The translations under genes were made by a program, and so were the position numbers. Of a stretch of DNA of 64,000 nt, positions 1 to 15,485 are shown one piece after another. Within the stretch, counting starts at the first letter, position 1; every line of letters starts with the position of its first letter. Origin of the DNA: the human T2T-CHM13v2.0 reference genome, Homo sapiens; the NCBI RefSeq assembly GCF_009914755.1, contig NC_060935.1, one strand, 5' to 3'. Under the pieces are notes generated by a model. That model had not been told where the DNA came from. It saw only the letters and a list, made by a program, of their open reading frames with translations, and ran no database searches.

Positions 1-720
1 CGGGCCGCCGCCGGCCTCTCCACGGCCTCTTTACCAACTGCAGCCCCAGCTGAGACCCCTCCCGCGGGGAGGGAGGGAACACGAAGCGCGGCCGGGGCTG
101 GGGGCGGGGAGCAGGTGTGAAGCGGGGTGGCAGCGGCGCGCGGTCACCCTCCACCGCGCCGCGGAGACCCGGCGTCACCCCCACGCGCACACAATGGCGC
201 GGGGGCCAGGCCGAGGACGGCCCATTAGCGGCTGATGGAGGAGGCGGGAGCCCGGCGGGCCGCCTAATCCCCGCACGCGGACACCTGGGTGGGAGCGCGG
301 GCGAGTGGAGGGCGCGCCTGCACGCAGGATCCCGGGCTGGGCAACGGCCTAGACCGCCTCTCGCCAAACCTCCCACGCCAGCGCCAGTCCGACGAACAGG
401 AGCTGGTCCAGCGAACAATAAAAGGCCCCGGGGCTGGGGAGGGATGGAAGCGCCCTTGGAGCGCGCAGGCTACGGGCGCCCCCGGCAGCGCCCCCGCGCC
501 TTCCCCTCCCGCCCCGCGGCCGCTGATTGCCTATTGTGCGTCCCCTCTGCGGCCGCCCGCGCGATGCACTCTGCGAGCTGGCCCCTTCGTTTCTAAATGA
601 GCAGCCAGCGCCGCAGACACGTGCCAAGGGAAGGGTAGTTCACTGCGTGGGGCGGGGGGACATGCAATAAGACAAGAGACCGCACGGAAATAGCTCCGTG
701 CCCGTCTGCTGCACTGTCCT
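1..720. promoter_or_regulatory. Orphan CpG island (truncated by window edge)
   Basis: Very high GC and CpG density, several GC boxes; no convincing exon or ORF. Confidence 0.8.
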
Positions 721-1369
721 TCTCACGTGCCTTCGGACAAGGGGACTTTCACTCTCTCCCCTCCTCTGCCCCAATCGCTCTGTCTCCCTGAGATTGACCA
801 CCCTCTTCTCTAACCCGAACTCCGCAGGGGAGCCTTCAGCCTTTTATTATTATTTTTTTCCTGGGTAGTAGATGTCTTTGCCTTGGCTGGGCTCTGGAAT
901 GCTCAGGTAAAAAGTGGGTCTGGCCGGATGCAGTGTGTATCTTCAACACGGAGGCTAGAGAATTGGATAGAGGAGCAGCGCTAGTCTGTGACAGCTCCAG
1001 ACGCCCTGCTCCAAGCACCCCAATCCTAAGCACCCCAATCCTCTGGTATCTTCCGTCCCAGGGAACTCTGGCTGGTCGTCATGGCTTTGTTTAATGCTCC
1101 TCTCTGCCACACTACCGCGTTCCCTGTGGGATGGGAACCTCTGGGAAAGGACCTGACAAGGGACCAGAAAAAGGTTTGGGGAATCAAAGTCTAGTAGTAA
1201 GGGGTCCTACCACTGATGGTTTGGACTCACGGGCAATTTACAGTTGGATGGAAGCTGAAGTGTCATCAGATTTAGAGGCCACAGTCTGGCAGCCTGTGGA
1301 CCAAATCCAGGCCACCAACACATTTTGGTCCATAAAGTGTTTTTTAAACTTTCCATCATGAATAATAGC

Positions 1370-2330
1370 ATATTGTGGATCATAAATATATATAAATTAG
1401 TGAGAATGCTATAATAAACCCCCATAGTCCCACCACCCAGTTTCAGCACTGAATCTATTCAAAGGCAATCTTCCTTCATCTATTCTCCCACTCTCCTCCA
1501 GAATTTGAAGCAAATCTCAGAAATCCTATCATTTCTTCTTTAAGTACTAAAAAGTAGTCCCAGCATAATAATATCAATATCACATCTAAAACAATAATTC
1601 CTTGTCCTCAAATATATAGTCAATGTTCAAACTTCCCCAATTGTCTTATTTTTCTTTATTGTTCAAATTGGGATCCAAATGAATCTCCACAGTGCATTCT
1701 CTCCTTTAATCGGATAATCCCCCAGTTAATCTCTTTTTTTCCTGGAAATTTATTTGTTAAATAAACCAGATCATTTGTTCTGTAGAATTTTCCACAGTCT
1801 GGATTTTGTTAAATGTATCCCCATGGTGCCATTTAACATGTTCTTCTACCTCTACATTTCCTGTAAATTGGTTGTTAGATATAGAGGCTTGATCAATTAA
1901 TGCTGGATTTTTTAAAGAATAATTCATAGACCATAGTTTAATTCGATCCAAAGTAATGTCTGCTTGTCAGTGATGACCATTGTCTAGACCCATTATTTCA
2001 TTAGGGATTGCCAAGTTGTGACATTCTAGTTCTATGATTCACTCTTCATTTATGAGCTTGAATACTTCTCTAAAGAGAATCTGTCATCAATGATTTGTTT
2101 ATGCAGAGGTACACGTCAAATAGGAAAGGCAGGATAAATGCTTGATTCTTTCCCTTATTATTTATCAAAATAATGAGGTGATTCCTCAGATTCCCCTAAT
2201 GGTGACCAACGATTTTTTTTAAATCACTTATGAACAAATGGATTTAAATATATCTCATGTGTTTCAAACCAAGTATATTTTGATTGGGCATTTTAAAATT
2301 AGAAGATGTCATATTAAAAACATTGACCTC
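1370..2330 (-). mobile_element. Old L1 (L1MC-like) 3' fragment
   Basis: AT-rich, resembles antisense L1M 3' UTR; by eye. Confidence 0.55.
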
Positions 2331-3549
2331 TGGCTTCCGTTGTAGAATATCTGGCAACCTTGAGTCCTTTTCCAGCAAGACTAGAGCAGACTTTGGCTGA
2401 GGGGCACTGCCTCCTTCAGTAGGCATTCATTCTTGCCTTGGCATGCTTTGATCTTCTTAGACCCTGGACCCCCTGCCCTGCAGGAGTAAGTCTGTAAAGC
2501 AGATCCAATCCAAGTCTCTCACCTTATAGATGAGAGAGCTGATGAAGTAGCTTACCTTCCTGAGACTGGAAGACAAGTCTCCTGGCTGCCTACCAAGACG
2601 AGGGTAAAGCAAACAGGGAAGACCAGCTGGTTTCTGCCTTACCTGCAAGTTGAGCTGAGCCAGAGACCTGGGACCACTTCAAGATAACCTTCCTCCCCAT
2701 TTGCAAACACACCTTGCAGAGGAAACTTGGGAATATTCCAAACTCCACTCCCTCTTTTGCCTCCCACATCCAATCAGCCACCTAGCCTGCTAATTAGCCT
2801 CCCTTCCTCCATTCCTGTCCTCCTCCAACTCATCCTCCTCACTCGCAATGAGGTTTTCCAAAACATATGTCTAACCATGTCACTCTCTGGCTTTAAAATC
2901 CGTCACTAACTGCTCATTGCCTTTAGGTTACATCGAAGTCAACATTAGCACAGCACACAAGGCTCCTCATGTCCTGGGCTCTGCCATGGCTAGCTCCTTA
3001 CCTCATGCTGTCTCCTTGTCACAACTCCGTCCTCCAGCTGGACGGAATAGCCACAGGGCTCTGTGCACACAGTTTTGTCTATGTTATGTCCTCTCTGTAT
3101 TTGCTGTTTACTCCTTTAAACATCCACTGCTTCCCTGGCTGGCTTCCACTTCTAGCTTAAGTCCCACTCCAGGCTTTGATCTTAGGAAAGGCCTTCTTGG
3201 CAAGCCTTGACTGCATTCCATGTCCTACTCCGCACTTCCACAGCATTCTGGCTCACTTTAAGATGAGGACCTTGCCACTGATGGGTGGTTTTGCTCTTTG
3301 TTTGGTTTGCTTTTTCACTTGTTTCCCTCCTGGCCGGTGTGGAAGCTTCCTGATGCCTGACAGGGGCTATGTCTGTATCTCCATCTCCTAAATCATGTTC
3401 CCAACCATGTTCCCAATGCACAAAGTAGGTGCAGGCCAGTAAGGATTTGGTTAGTCAATGAAATTAAACAAAAGAGATGAAGGTTTGTGGACTGTTTTGG
3501 AGAGAAAGAGGACCCCCTTCCCTTGCAGGGAAGGGACTTGATGCAAACG

Positions 3550-3714
3550 ACCGCATGGCAGTAGGCTCGCTGGGCAGATGCCCAGGAGATATTAGGGCTG
3601 CTGGGGCTGAGGTAATATCCTGCGAGGCCAGCCGGGTCTGCAGCCCTGGCTGGGTCACGACCCAGGCTCTGCCTGGCTCGGACATCCTCGGACCTGTGCA
3701 TGCATGTGTGCGTT

Positions 3715-3748
<34 letters not shown>

Positions 3749-3762
3749 TGTGTGTGTGTGCG

Positions 3763-3793
<31 letters not shown>

Positions 3794-4150
3794 AGCCTCG
3801 CCAACCCCGCCTCCTCCCGCTGGGAGGATAATTAAAGCGCCAAACGGCGGAGCGGGCGGGCAGCGTTCCCGGGGGCGCATTTCATCGGGGCTGATTAATG
3901 AGGCCGGGGAGTTAATGAGGAGAAAGCTAAACGCAGGGAGCTGAGCCGCGGAAGGCCTCTCCGAGGCCCTGGAGGGGGTCCTCCGAAGGCATCTCCCGCC
4001 CTCTCTTTCTAGCAGCGGCTTAGCGCAAGCCACATGGTGCCCCAGGCTCCTCTCGCCGCCTCAAGCCAGGGGCGGGGGGGAGGAGGGGTCGCCCCAAGTC
4101 ATACCGGCCGCACTGAAGTCGGTCTCCTCCGCTTGTGGCTAACCCGGCTA
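3550..4150. promoter_or_regulatory. CpG-rich island with homeodomain motif cluster, candidate enhancer
   Basis: CpG-dense; TAATTA 3829, GATTAAT ~3893, GTTAATG ~3911 embedded in GC-rich DNA. Confidence 0.6.
3715..3794. repeat. Compound (TG)n(CG)n(CA)n microsatellite
   Basis: Read directly; uninterrupted purine-pyrimidine alternation. Confidence 0.95.
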
Positions 4151-4649
4151 AACAGCAAAAGAGCCTGCCTTGCCATCTAAAACACAACAAAGGACCTCAG
4201 GAGACCGCCACTTTCTTCTTCTCCTCAGGGAACTTTGGGCATGGGTCCCAGACCACCTGCAGATTGCATTCCAGATCCGAATTAAGGATCAGCTCTGCCG
4301 TGCCAACCGAGTAACCTTAGACAAGTTACTTAGTCCTTTGAGCCTCAGCTTCTGCGTCTGTAAGATGGGCTCACACTCCTTACCCGCCCTAAAAATGGCT
4401 TTTAGTGAGTGCCAGACACTACTCTAAGCACTTGGCGTGTATAATCTTATTGATTCTTCCCAACAGCTCTAGGAAGTAGGCTCTGTTATTATCGTCTTTA
4501 CTTCAGAGATAAGGACATTGAGGCAGAGAGCAGGGTCTTAACTTGCCTGAGGTCGCACTGCTACTTGCCAGGACTGACCCAGCTAATACGCAGTGGAGCC
4601 GGAAGTGAACACACACAGGCTGATCCCAGAACCTGTGCCCTATCCTTAG

Positions 4650-5018
<369 letters not shown>

Positions 5019-5097
5019 CAGAGAGGGACTTTGTACACTGTAAAATGCTAAGCAAATGTGAGAAGAAGCAATTATTAATACTATTAATATTAACTTA

Positions 5098-5180
5098 CCG
5101 GGCTCTGTGGCTTGTGCCTATAATCCCGGCTACTTGGGAGGCTGAGGCAGGATGATCACTTGAGGCCAAGAGCTCAAGAC
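5098..5180 (+). mobile_element. Truncated Alu monomer (FLAM-like)
   Basis: tgcctataatcccggctacttgggaggctgaggcagg. Confidence 0.8.
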
Positions 5181-7524
5181 TCTTGTGATTCACATTCATT
5201 CCCAGTTTTGAACCCAGAGTAGAGACAAGGCAGTGAGGGATGGAGCCACTGAACAGAGAGAGAGAGCAGGCAGGGTGATGGCTTTTCCAGCAGTCCGCAT
5301 CCTTGTGTCCTAACTGCGGCAGTAGAGCTGAGAGTGACCTCTGCCTGACCTCAGGCAGTGACCCCCACGCCTTCAACGCACGCCCTCAATGCACACTCTT
5401 CTGTAGTCAAAAGACGGACACACCAAATGTTCCCCATCTCCCTACAAGTGGCAGAGGAGTAGTAGCCTGAATTTTAAGAGAGCATGGTGCGAAGGGATGA
5501 GGGTGAGTTTGGACTCAGATAACCCATGTTACCATATGAATCTGTCATCTACCAGCTGTGTGAGCCTGGGTGAGTTGCTTATCCACTCTGAGCCTCATCC
5601 TGCCGGTTGGGAATGGTAGCTGCTCTCCCTGTGTCGCAGGACTGCTGTGAAACGGCAAACAGGAAGTTCTGGATGTGAAAGGACATTGCCACTTTTTGTC
5701 CTTGGTTGGAGAGTGCAGGTCACTACCCTGGGACATGCCAGGAGTTTCTAGCAATGGGCAACAGGGCAAAGAGCCTGAGCTCTCCCGTGAATGCCCTTCC
5801 CCTCCCCTAGTAATCTGATTTTGGGATCTACAACTCCATATCGCTCTCCAGTCGAGAATGATTTGAGACCGGAAGCCAATCAGCTCCTACCAAGTCTTGA
5901 TGAGTTTGAAATGAGCCAATTTCCTCTGGATGAGTTTCTTCTGCTGAATCAGGGAAACTGAGGCTGCCCAGGCCAACCTAAAACAAATCAGTCTCCCCCC
6001 GCGGAAGTCAGACACTTCCACCTTCCCACCAGTCTGACTCTAAAGCCCCCAGCCCTCAGTAATGCTTTGCACCATCCCCCCCTCCACTGTGGGGGCCACC
6101 AGTACTGGCAAAAGGGGGAGCATAAATAATTTTCTCCAAAGGAGCTTGTGTCTAGAGAAACCAATATTTAACATCCCCATTTACATTGAAAGCGTGATTC
6201 TGATTATGAGATGGTAATGAGAGGATTAGGCAGAGGAGAGGGCCCCCCTGCCTGCCGCCCCCTCCTGTTCTTCCCTCCATCACCCTGCATCGCACAGGGT
6301 CTTATTCCTGGAGGAGGACGTGGGGAAGGGGTTGGGGCACTCCCACTGGGAGAGCATCAGAGATGCCAGAGCAGGGCAGGGGTCCTTCAAGACCCCAAGT
6401 GAGAGCCCCTTATTCATGTCTGGAATCAATTAGCCTCAGAGGGGGTGACAGGTGAGATGCGAGACACCTGACTCTGGTCCTTCCCTTGCCTTTCCCCTAC
6501 ACTGCGCCCCTCTGCTCCTGGATTCTGCCTGGTATTCCCGACAGGTGTGTTTCTTACATCGTTCTTTGTTTCTGAGGTGGACAGCTGAAGTCAAAAAGTA
6601 TGTTGGGAGAACTTTTGCTTGGCTCCTGGCTTCTCTGGCTGAACCTCAAATCCCACTCCTCTCCCCTAAATTCCTCGTCTCTCTGGAATGGCATCCTTGT
6701 CCTCCTTGCCCCAAACCCTGTTTTTTAACCAGGCAGCAGTTTATCTCTGGCTTTTCCTATGGGGCAAGGGATGGGGGATGAAGAGAACCCAAGGGGGTCA
6801 CCATCCTGAGGCCCCGTTTGTTGGTGGACAATTGCGCTCAGACGGGATAATTCAGTGTGTGATTGTGGTCACGCCCCCCGCCTTTTGTGCCCCTTTCAGA
6901 GCCAATCTCCCAGGCCCAGATGGGTTAATCCATAATGCAGACGAGCAAGTAACTGGCTGTCAGCCCAGCCCCCAGGACCCCCTCCCTATTAGTGCCACTG
7001 CCCTAATGAAGCCCAGCTTGGAGAGCCCCCTTCTCAATGAGGTGCCGGCCCCAACCCAGCCCGGCACACATGTGTCTCCACTGCTCTGCCTGAAGCCTAG
7101 TTCCCTTTAGGGACCCCGAGCCCAGCCTCCCCGGGGTGACCCAGCTGCCAGGGCTGTGGAGGCCCGGGGGGAGGCTGTGATGGATGGGAGGGAGATAGTT
7201 AATAGAGCCCAAAACACATGGGCCCTGTCTCCACCCTCCACACACAGACACTTTCACAGCTTCCATTGACAGCATCCCTGGTCTTTCTGAAATAGCCCCA
7301 TGGAATAGTCCCCACTCCCATCTCCAACGTAAATTGTGCTGAAATAGGATTTAAATGGGGATTATGAAGCTGCTTTTCTGAATACTGGCCCAAGTCATTG
7401 CTACACAGCCAACCCCCAAATTCTGCCAACCTCAGTCCTCTTGTAGATTTTGAGCAGAAATGGCTCAAGGCAAGTTAAACAATGAGCTCGACCTTCAGCC
7501 TTTAGTGTCTCAATCAATATGTGA

Positions 7525-7904
<380 letters not shown>

Positions 7905-9829
7905 TTCTCTTCCTATTCATTTCTGAACCAATTATTTAGAGGCAGGACCAGCCCGACAGATGAGGCAGGTGTCTGTAGAGAAGACCTGCTGTTTGTGAGA
8001 GCTGCCTTACCTTGTCCTAGGCACTGCCCATCAGGTTCTGAGCTCCCTGCCTCTGGAAGGATTCAAGACAAACCTGGACGACATCTGTTTAAAATATCAT
8101 AGAAGAGAGGTTTGGGGAGGATGTTTGCAAAGAAACCACACTTCTCTGATTCTCTGCACTTACTTCCTATTCCCACCTCTTTGTTCCCTCTTTCACCCTA
8201 ATACAAACAACTGGCCTTGCTGGCTCTGGTGCCAAACCAATGGGGGGAAAGAGACTCTAGCCTCTGCGGCCTTGGGCTGCCCTACGATGCCCAAAGAGGC
8301 AGGAGTTTGGGGCGCTAAGGAGAGCTGGCCGTAATCTGCCTGCCCACCTTCCTCTACTTCACCCTTTCTAAATGATAATTGTATATTTTTCCATTATTAA
8401 TTAGGATGACAAAATATCCAAAAATGGAGGAAAGATGGAAAAGTTGTATACATTCTCTCACACCTAATTCCACTGTTGGTTATACTTTGGTTTATTTTTC
8501 ATTCCATCTTTTTCATAGGCACATTGGAAATCATCCAGCATAATTGAAATATTTACTGAATATCTTCTATGTGCCAGGTACAGTGCTTATACTTTTTCCA
8601 CCTGAATTATAACTCTAGACCCATTTCTATTTCCTTTTCCTTTTCTAATGCCAGTGTAATTGCCTTGGAATAGGTATACTGTCTTATCATGGAATATTTG
8701 GAAGTTTTCACATTTAGAGATACAGGACCCTGAGATGATGGAGGTTAGAATCTATACCGGGCTCCAAAGTCACAGTGAGAAATCTTTTTATGATTAAGAC
8801 CATGAAGAGGAAAATAAAGCCCTCATCCTGATAAGTGGAGGGCTCAGGGGTTGAAGGCAAGTGACTCTGAGAAAAGTCTAGCCCCATTTCTGATTACAGG
8901 AGGGAACAACGCTGGGTGGTGAAATACCATTCAGAGGTTGCTCCTAGGAGATGCTGAATATTTATGAGCTATGCAATCAGGACTTAGGAGGTAAGGCTTA
9001 AAGAATAAACAGGCAGCAGGATGGGGGTAGGGGAGAGAGACATGGAAGAGAAGCCGTAAGAAATGGAAAGGGACACACAAACAGAAGGAAGGAGAGAGGG
9101 AGTATTTCCCATGACTTTTCAGAATGGTGACTTCTCTCTATGCCCATAAAACCTAGATGCATCTCATTGTGTAGATGGGGAGTGAGGTTAGAGTGAGGCT
9201 GGACTTTCCCAGGGCAGACTCTGCTTCTCTGTGGGAATCCAGGGAGATCTTGGAGTCATCTTTACTGCAAGGAATTGAGATCCAGAAGTCAGTGAAAAGG
9301 AGCCCCTTACAGGGGCTCAGTGTGAGGCAGTGGAGGCTAAAGATGAATGTGAGGCAGTGGAATGAGGGACTTTAGGGTCAAGAGATCCCTGCAGATAGTG
9401 GAGAAAGGTCCAATATTCAATGAATACAAACAAATCTAGGAACGCACACAAGCACATAGAAACAAAGCGATAAAGACTCAGTGATGTCAGGTGGAAAACC
9501 TTTCATATATGCATTTAACACAAAAGCATTTCCCTCTGAATGGAAATCATTAGAGACATGGGAATATTCCTCTTTAATTGAAAAGTGGGACATCCTCTGT
9601 AGGATGTAGGGGATTTGAAGATCTCAATTGGTCCCTTACTTTGTGAATTTGATCCTCACCTACAGAGAAAGAGAGAGAAAAAATGGGGGCGAGGGGTGGT
9701 GGGGAGGAGGGATGCGGGAGAGAAAGGGAGAGAGAGGAGAGAGATGAAGACAGAGAGAAATAAAGAACAGAGTGGATTTCTGACTTTCTGGAGACTGAAA
9801 AAGTGTCAGGAATTAAAGAAATGGCAAAT

Positions 9830-11655
9830 ACAGTAATCCCTATCAAAATACTAACGACATGCTTCATAGAAATAAAAAAAAAATTCTAAAACTTCTATAG
9901 AACCACAAAAGATTTTGAAAAGCCAAAGCAATCCTGAGCAAAAGAACAGGGCCGGGAGCAGTGGCTCATGTCTGTAATCTCAGTGCTTTGGAAGGTCAAA
10001 GCTGGAGGGTCACTTGAGGCCAGGAATTTGAGTTTGAGCCCAGCCTGAGCAGCACAGTGAGACCCCCCTCTCTACAAAAAAGAAAAAAAAAACCCAGGCA
10101 TGGCGGCACAAGCCTGTAATCCTAGCCATTTGAGAGGCTGAGGCGGGAGGATCCCTTGAGCCCAGGAGTTTGAGGCTGCAGTGATCCATAATTGTGCCAC
10201 CGCTCTCCAGCCTGGATGACAGGGACCCAGATTCTAAAAACAACAACGAAGCTGGAGGCATCATACTACCATATTGGACTTCAAAGTTTAATACAGAACT
10301 ATGGTAACTAAAACAGCATGGTACTGGCATAAAAAAACAGACACATAGCCCAATGAAACAGCATAGAAAACTCTGATATAAATCCATGTGTTTATAACCA
10401 ACTTATTTTCTACAAAGGTGCAAAGAATATACAATGGAGAAAGGACAGTTCTTTCAATAAATTATGCTGGGGAGACTGGATATCTATATGCAGAAGAATG
10501 AAACTAGGTCCCTATCTCTCACCCTACACAAAAATCAAATCAAAATTGATTAAAGACCTAAAACTATGAAACTACCGGAAGAAAACTTTGGGGAAATGCT
10601 CTAGGATATTGGTCTCAGCAAAGACTTTTTGTGTAAGACATCAAAAGTGTGGTCAACCGAAGCAAAAATAGACAACTGGGATTACATCAAACTAAAAAGC
10701 TTTTGCACAGCAAAGGAAACAATCAACAAAGTGAAAAGACAGCCCACAGAATTGGAGAAAATATTTGCCAACTAGCCAGCTGACAAGAGATTACTAACCA
10801 GAATATATAGTTCAAGATCTCAATAGAAAAAGAAAACCAAATAATCTGATTTTCAAATGGGCAAAAGATCTGAACAGACACTTCTCAAAAGAAGACATAC
10901 AAATGTTCAATGGGTATATGAAAAAATTTTCAACGTCACTAATCATCAGAGAAACGCAAACCCAAACCACAATTCATTATCATCTTACCCCAGTTAAAAT
11001 GGCTTGTATCAAAAAGACAAGCAATAACATACCGGTGAGGATGTGGAGAAAGCGGAACACTCGTACACTGTTGGTTGGAATGCAAATTAGTACAGCTACT
11101 ATGAAGAACAGTATGGAAGTTCCTCACAAAACGAAAAATAACACTACCGTGTGTGTGCATGTGTGTGTGTGTGTATATATTCCAAAAGAAAGGAAAGCAA
11201 TATACAAACAGATGCCTGCACTCCCATGTTTATTGCAGCACTATTCACAATAGCCAAAATACGGAATCAACCTAAGTCGCCAACAGTGGAAGAACGAATA
11301 AAGGAAATGTGGTACATATACACAATGGGATATTATTCAGCCATAAAAAAGAAAAAAACCCTGTCATTTGCAACAACATGTAGGGAACTGGAGGCCGTTA
11401 TATTAAGTGAAATAAGCCAAGTACAGAAAGACAAATCTCACATGTTCTCACTGATTTGTGGGAGCTAAAGAAGTTGATCTCATGAAGATACAGAGTGGAT
11501 TGGTGGTTACCAGAGGCTGGGAAGTGGGCAGGAAGTGAATGAAAGGGGAAAAAAAGGATATAAATAGAAATATATTTATGACCACTGAACTGTACACTTA
11601 AAAATGGTAAAGATGGTAAATTATGTGTATTTTACCTCAGTTAAAAAAATAAACT
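9830..11655 (+). mobile_element. 5'-truncated L1 (ORF2 C-terminal remnant plus 3' UTR, L1MA-like), interrupted by an Alu
   Basis: Translations [40 protein letters not shown] match the L1 ORF2p C-terminus; frameshifted. Confidence 0.9.
9950..10245 (+). mobile_element. Alu (J-like) nested in L1
   Basis: Dimer; L1 sequence resumes after it. Confidence 0.9.
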
Positions 11656-12049
11656 TCTGCCACACAAAAAGAGTTTGAAATTAAAGCTGAAATTTTTTTT
11701 TTAAAAAAAAAGGAGAGCAAAAGAGCAAACACAAAGAGTACCAGGTTTAATATGGATAGGTGCGAGAGACTAAGGGATTTAGGAAATAAAAACAGAACGA
11801 CGGAAAAAGATCCAGAGGTCTTAGTGGACTACACTCAGTAATATAATAGTAGGAGTCATTCTGTTACAAGAAACATACATAAAAGTAGAATGTGTGTGGA
11901 AGGGGGAGTAGGGGGAGTCTTCCTTCTGCTATACCTGCTATACGGATGCAGGTCTTTCACAGAGATGTGGTATACAGTATTGAGTAAGCATACAAGTGTA
12001 CAGTCAGCCTGAGTTTAAATCCTGGATGTTCTATGTCACAGCCAAGTAA

Positions 12050-12425
<376 letters not shown>

Positions 12426-12482
12426 TAATAATTAGTCCTAGTCTTAGAGTTATTTGGAAAATTAAATGCATGTTAAATAAAA

Positions 12483-12920
12483 TGTATAGGAGGCCATTGA
12501 TTTGGACTGAGCTCCTGCACTAGAACCAACAGACCAAACCAAAATGCAATTACTCAGGCTGAAGTTCCCCAACACCAGCCAAAACTAAGGTCTTCATCTA
12601 ACTTTCCAAGAAATCAGTGGGGAGAGAGAGACAGGTAATAGCCAAATCCCCAACCGACCAGTTTTAGCAGATGTGATAAGGAAGTCCCCTCTGCTTTCAC
12701 CTTTACAAGAAAAGTTATGTTGAAAAGATCAACCTGCTTTTTAATTTTCTGCTTCTGCTTTCCTCAGCCCCTTTGTGTCTATAAATCAACCTCCTCTGCT
12801 CGGCTCATCAGAAGACTCATTCTATTTTATAGAATGAGGTGTCACCCAATTCTAGAACCTCAAATAAAAGCCAGTTAAGATCTTTAAACTATTTGTTTTT
12901 GGTAATTTTGTCTTTTGACA
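12483..12920 (+). mobile_element. Solo LTR (ERV1-class, MER67-like, family tentative)
   Basis: TG...CA ends, TATA-like ctataaat, AATAAA near the 3' end, terminal ttttgtcttttgaca. Confidence 0.6.
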
Positions 12921-13231
12921 TGGATGAATACATGTACAGCACTTAGAACAGCCCTCACAATAGCAACTTCACACTCATGTTATATATTAAAATTCATATC
13001 TTTGTTAATGTTAAATGAACACCTACTATAAACCACACATTGTGTTAGGCACCAGGGATAAAATACAAATAAGATACAATCCCTGCACTCTACGGGGAAC
13101 TTGAAGCTTATGGGGAAAATATACATGTAAGCAAGCAATCAAAACACTGCTTATCAAGTTATACAGGAGGGAAATAAACCAAGTGTTCTGGGAGGACCAT
13201 GCAGTCTGAGTGGGTCAGGAAAGAGTCACTA

Positions 13232-13834
<603 letters not shown>

Positions 13835-15154
13835 TTATAATTTTTAAGTAGGCGAGTGACATGATGAGATCTGAACATTAGAGACAAGCATGTAGCTCGG
13901 TGTCTGGCACTTAGTAGGTGCTTAACTACATGGGAGTTGAACAAATATATAGCAACTCCTTGCAGCATCAGTGTAGAGGGTGGATTGCAGGGAGTTAGGA
14001 GGCTTTCATGAGAACCTGAACTAAGACAGTCACAATGGAGATGGGCAGGAGGTATAGGGTTGATGAAATCCTTCTCAGAAATTCTGGAGTGGCATGTTCA
14101 GTTTGGGGTTCAGGGCTTAAGAGGGGTATAGAGAAGCTAGAAAGAGTAAAAAAAAAAGATCCTGTTTACAATTGTAACACAAAAATATTATTTATTATTA
14201 TTGGAATAAACACCAAGAAGTGATCTAGATCTAAATTATGAAAATTTAAAAAATATTAAAGTCTATAAGAACAAGGTAGCTGTTTTATCTTTCATAACTG
14301 TGCTATTGGACTTAGTGGGATTGGCATCCTCCTTGCTCCTCATTGTTAAATCTGAACCATTCCCCCTTCACCCTCCCTAAAAACTTCCCATCTTTGAGTC
14401 TAATGTCATAAGACACTACTATCTGCTGTCTCAGTGCCACTGACTACCTCCTCCTGGGGTCATTGCACCTCGTTCCCTGCAGAGTTTACCTAACAGCTCA
14501 CTTTCACTCTCACCAACTCTTCCCCTGCTCTAATTCTTGATTATCTCAAAGCATACTATGACAATTCACCTAATATCCTTGCTTCTTAGTTTTGTGACCT
14601 CCTCTCCTCCCACAATCTTGTTGTCTACTCTACCTTAGCCATTCATTCCTGCAGTAATACCCTAGTAAACTGTAGTAACCAGTAACTGAACTTCTGTATG
14701 ATGTCAGTTTCAGGCATTCTCATTTCTAGTCACTATCTCATATGTTTTCCAGTTCACTTCTTTTGGTATTCCAATTCCAACAAATCTTAGGCCACACCAA
14801 GACAATCCATCTATCTCAATTTCTTTCCATTGATTTAATTTTCTTTTCACTGCAGCTCCTGCAATTTATTGACTCATGGCTCTACTTATCTCCTTACTCA
14901 GTTTAGATTCCCATGGTCAATCATCAGAATCAGTTTCTTGCTTACATCTTCAATTTCCTTGCCTGTCTCTCATGTCTTTGAGCTTGTCTGGCTAACCGAC
15001 AACTTTGGGCGAATCCAACTTTCTACCTATTCTTCACCTGCATCCAAGCAACTGAATGTACCTGCAGAAAAATGCAAAACCATGCACATTGGTCTCACTT
15101 TTAATTTATGATCACTCACCTGAAGCAGACCTCTAATGCTGCTTAAGAATATCT

Positions 15155-15485
<331 letters not shown>

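Noticed and set aside
117-627. Overlapping 92-159 aa ORFs in the CpG island
   Set aside because: Non-ATG starts, low-complexity R/P/G/A composition expected from GC-rich DNA, no recognisable domain.
1013-1042. 15-bp tandem duplication aagcaccccaatcct x2
   Set aside because: Two-copy slippage event; no spacers or further context.
3393-4033. ORFs with CVCVC/HTHTH repeats
   Set aside because: Translation of the dinucleotide microsatellite.
10903-11468. ORFs resembling L1 ORF2p
   Set aside because: Frameshifted remnant of a 5'-truncated L1, not a gene.
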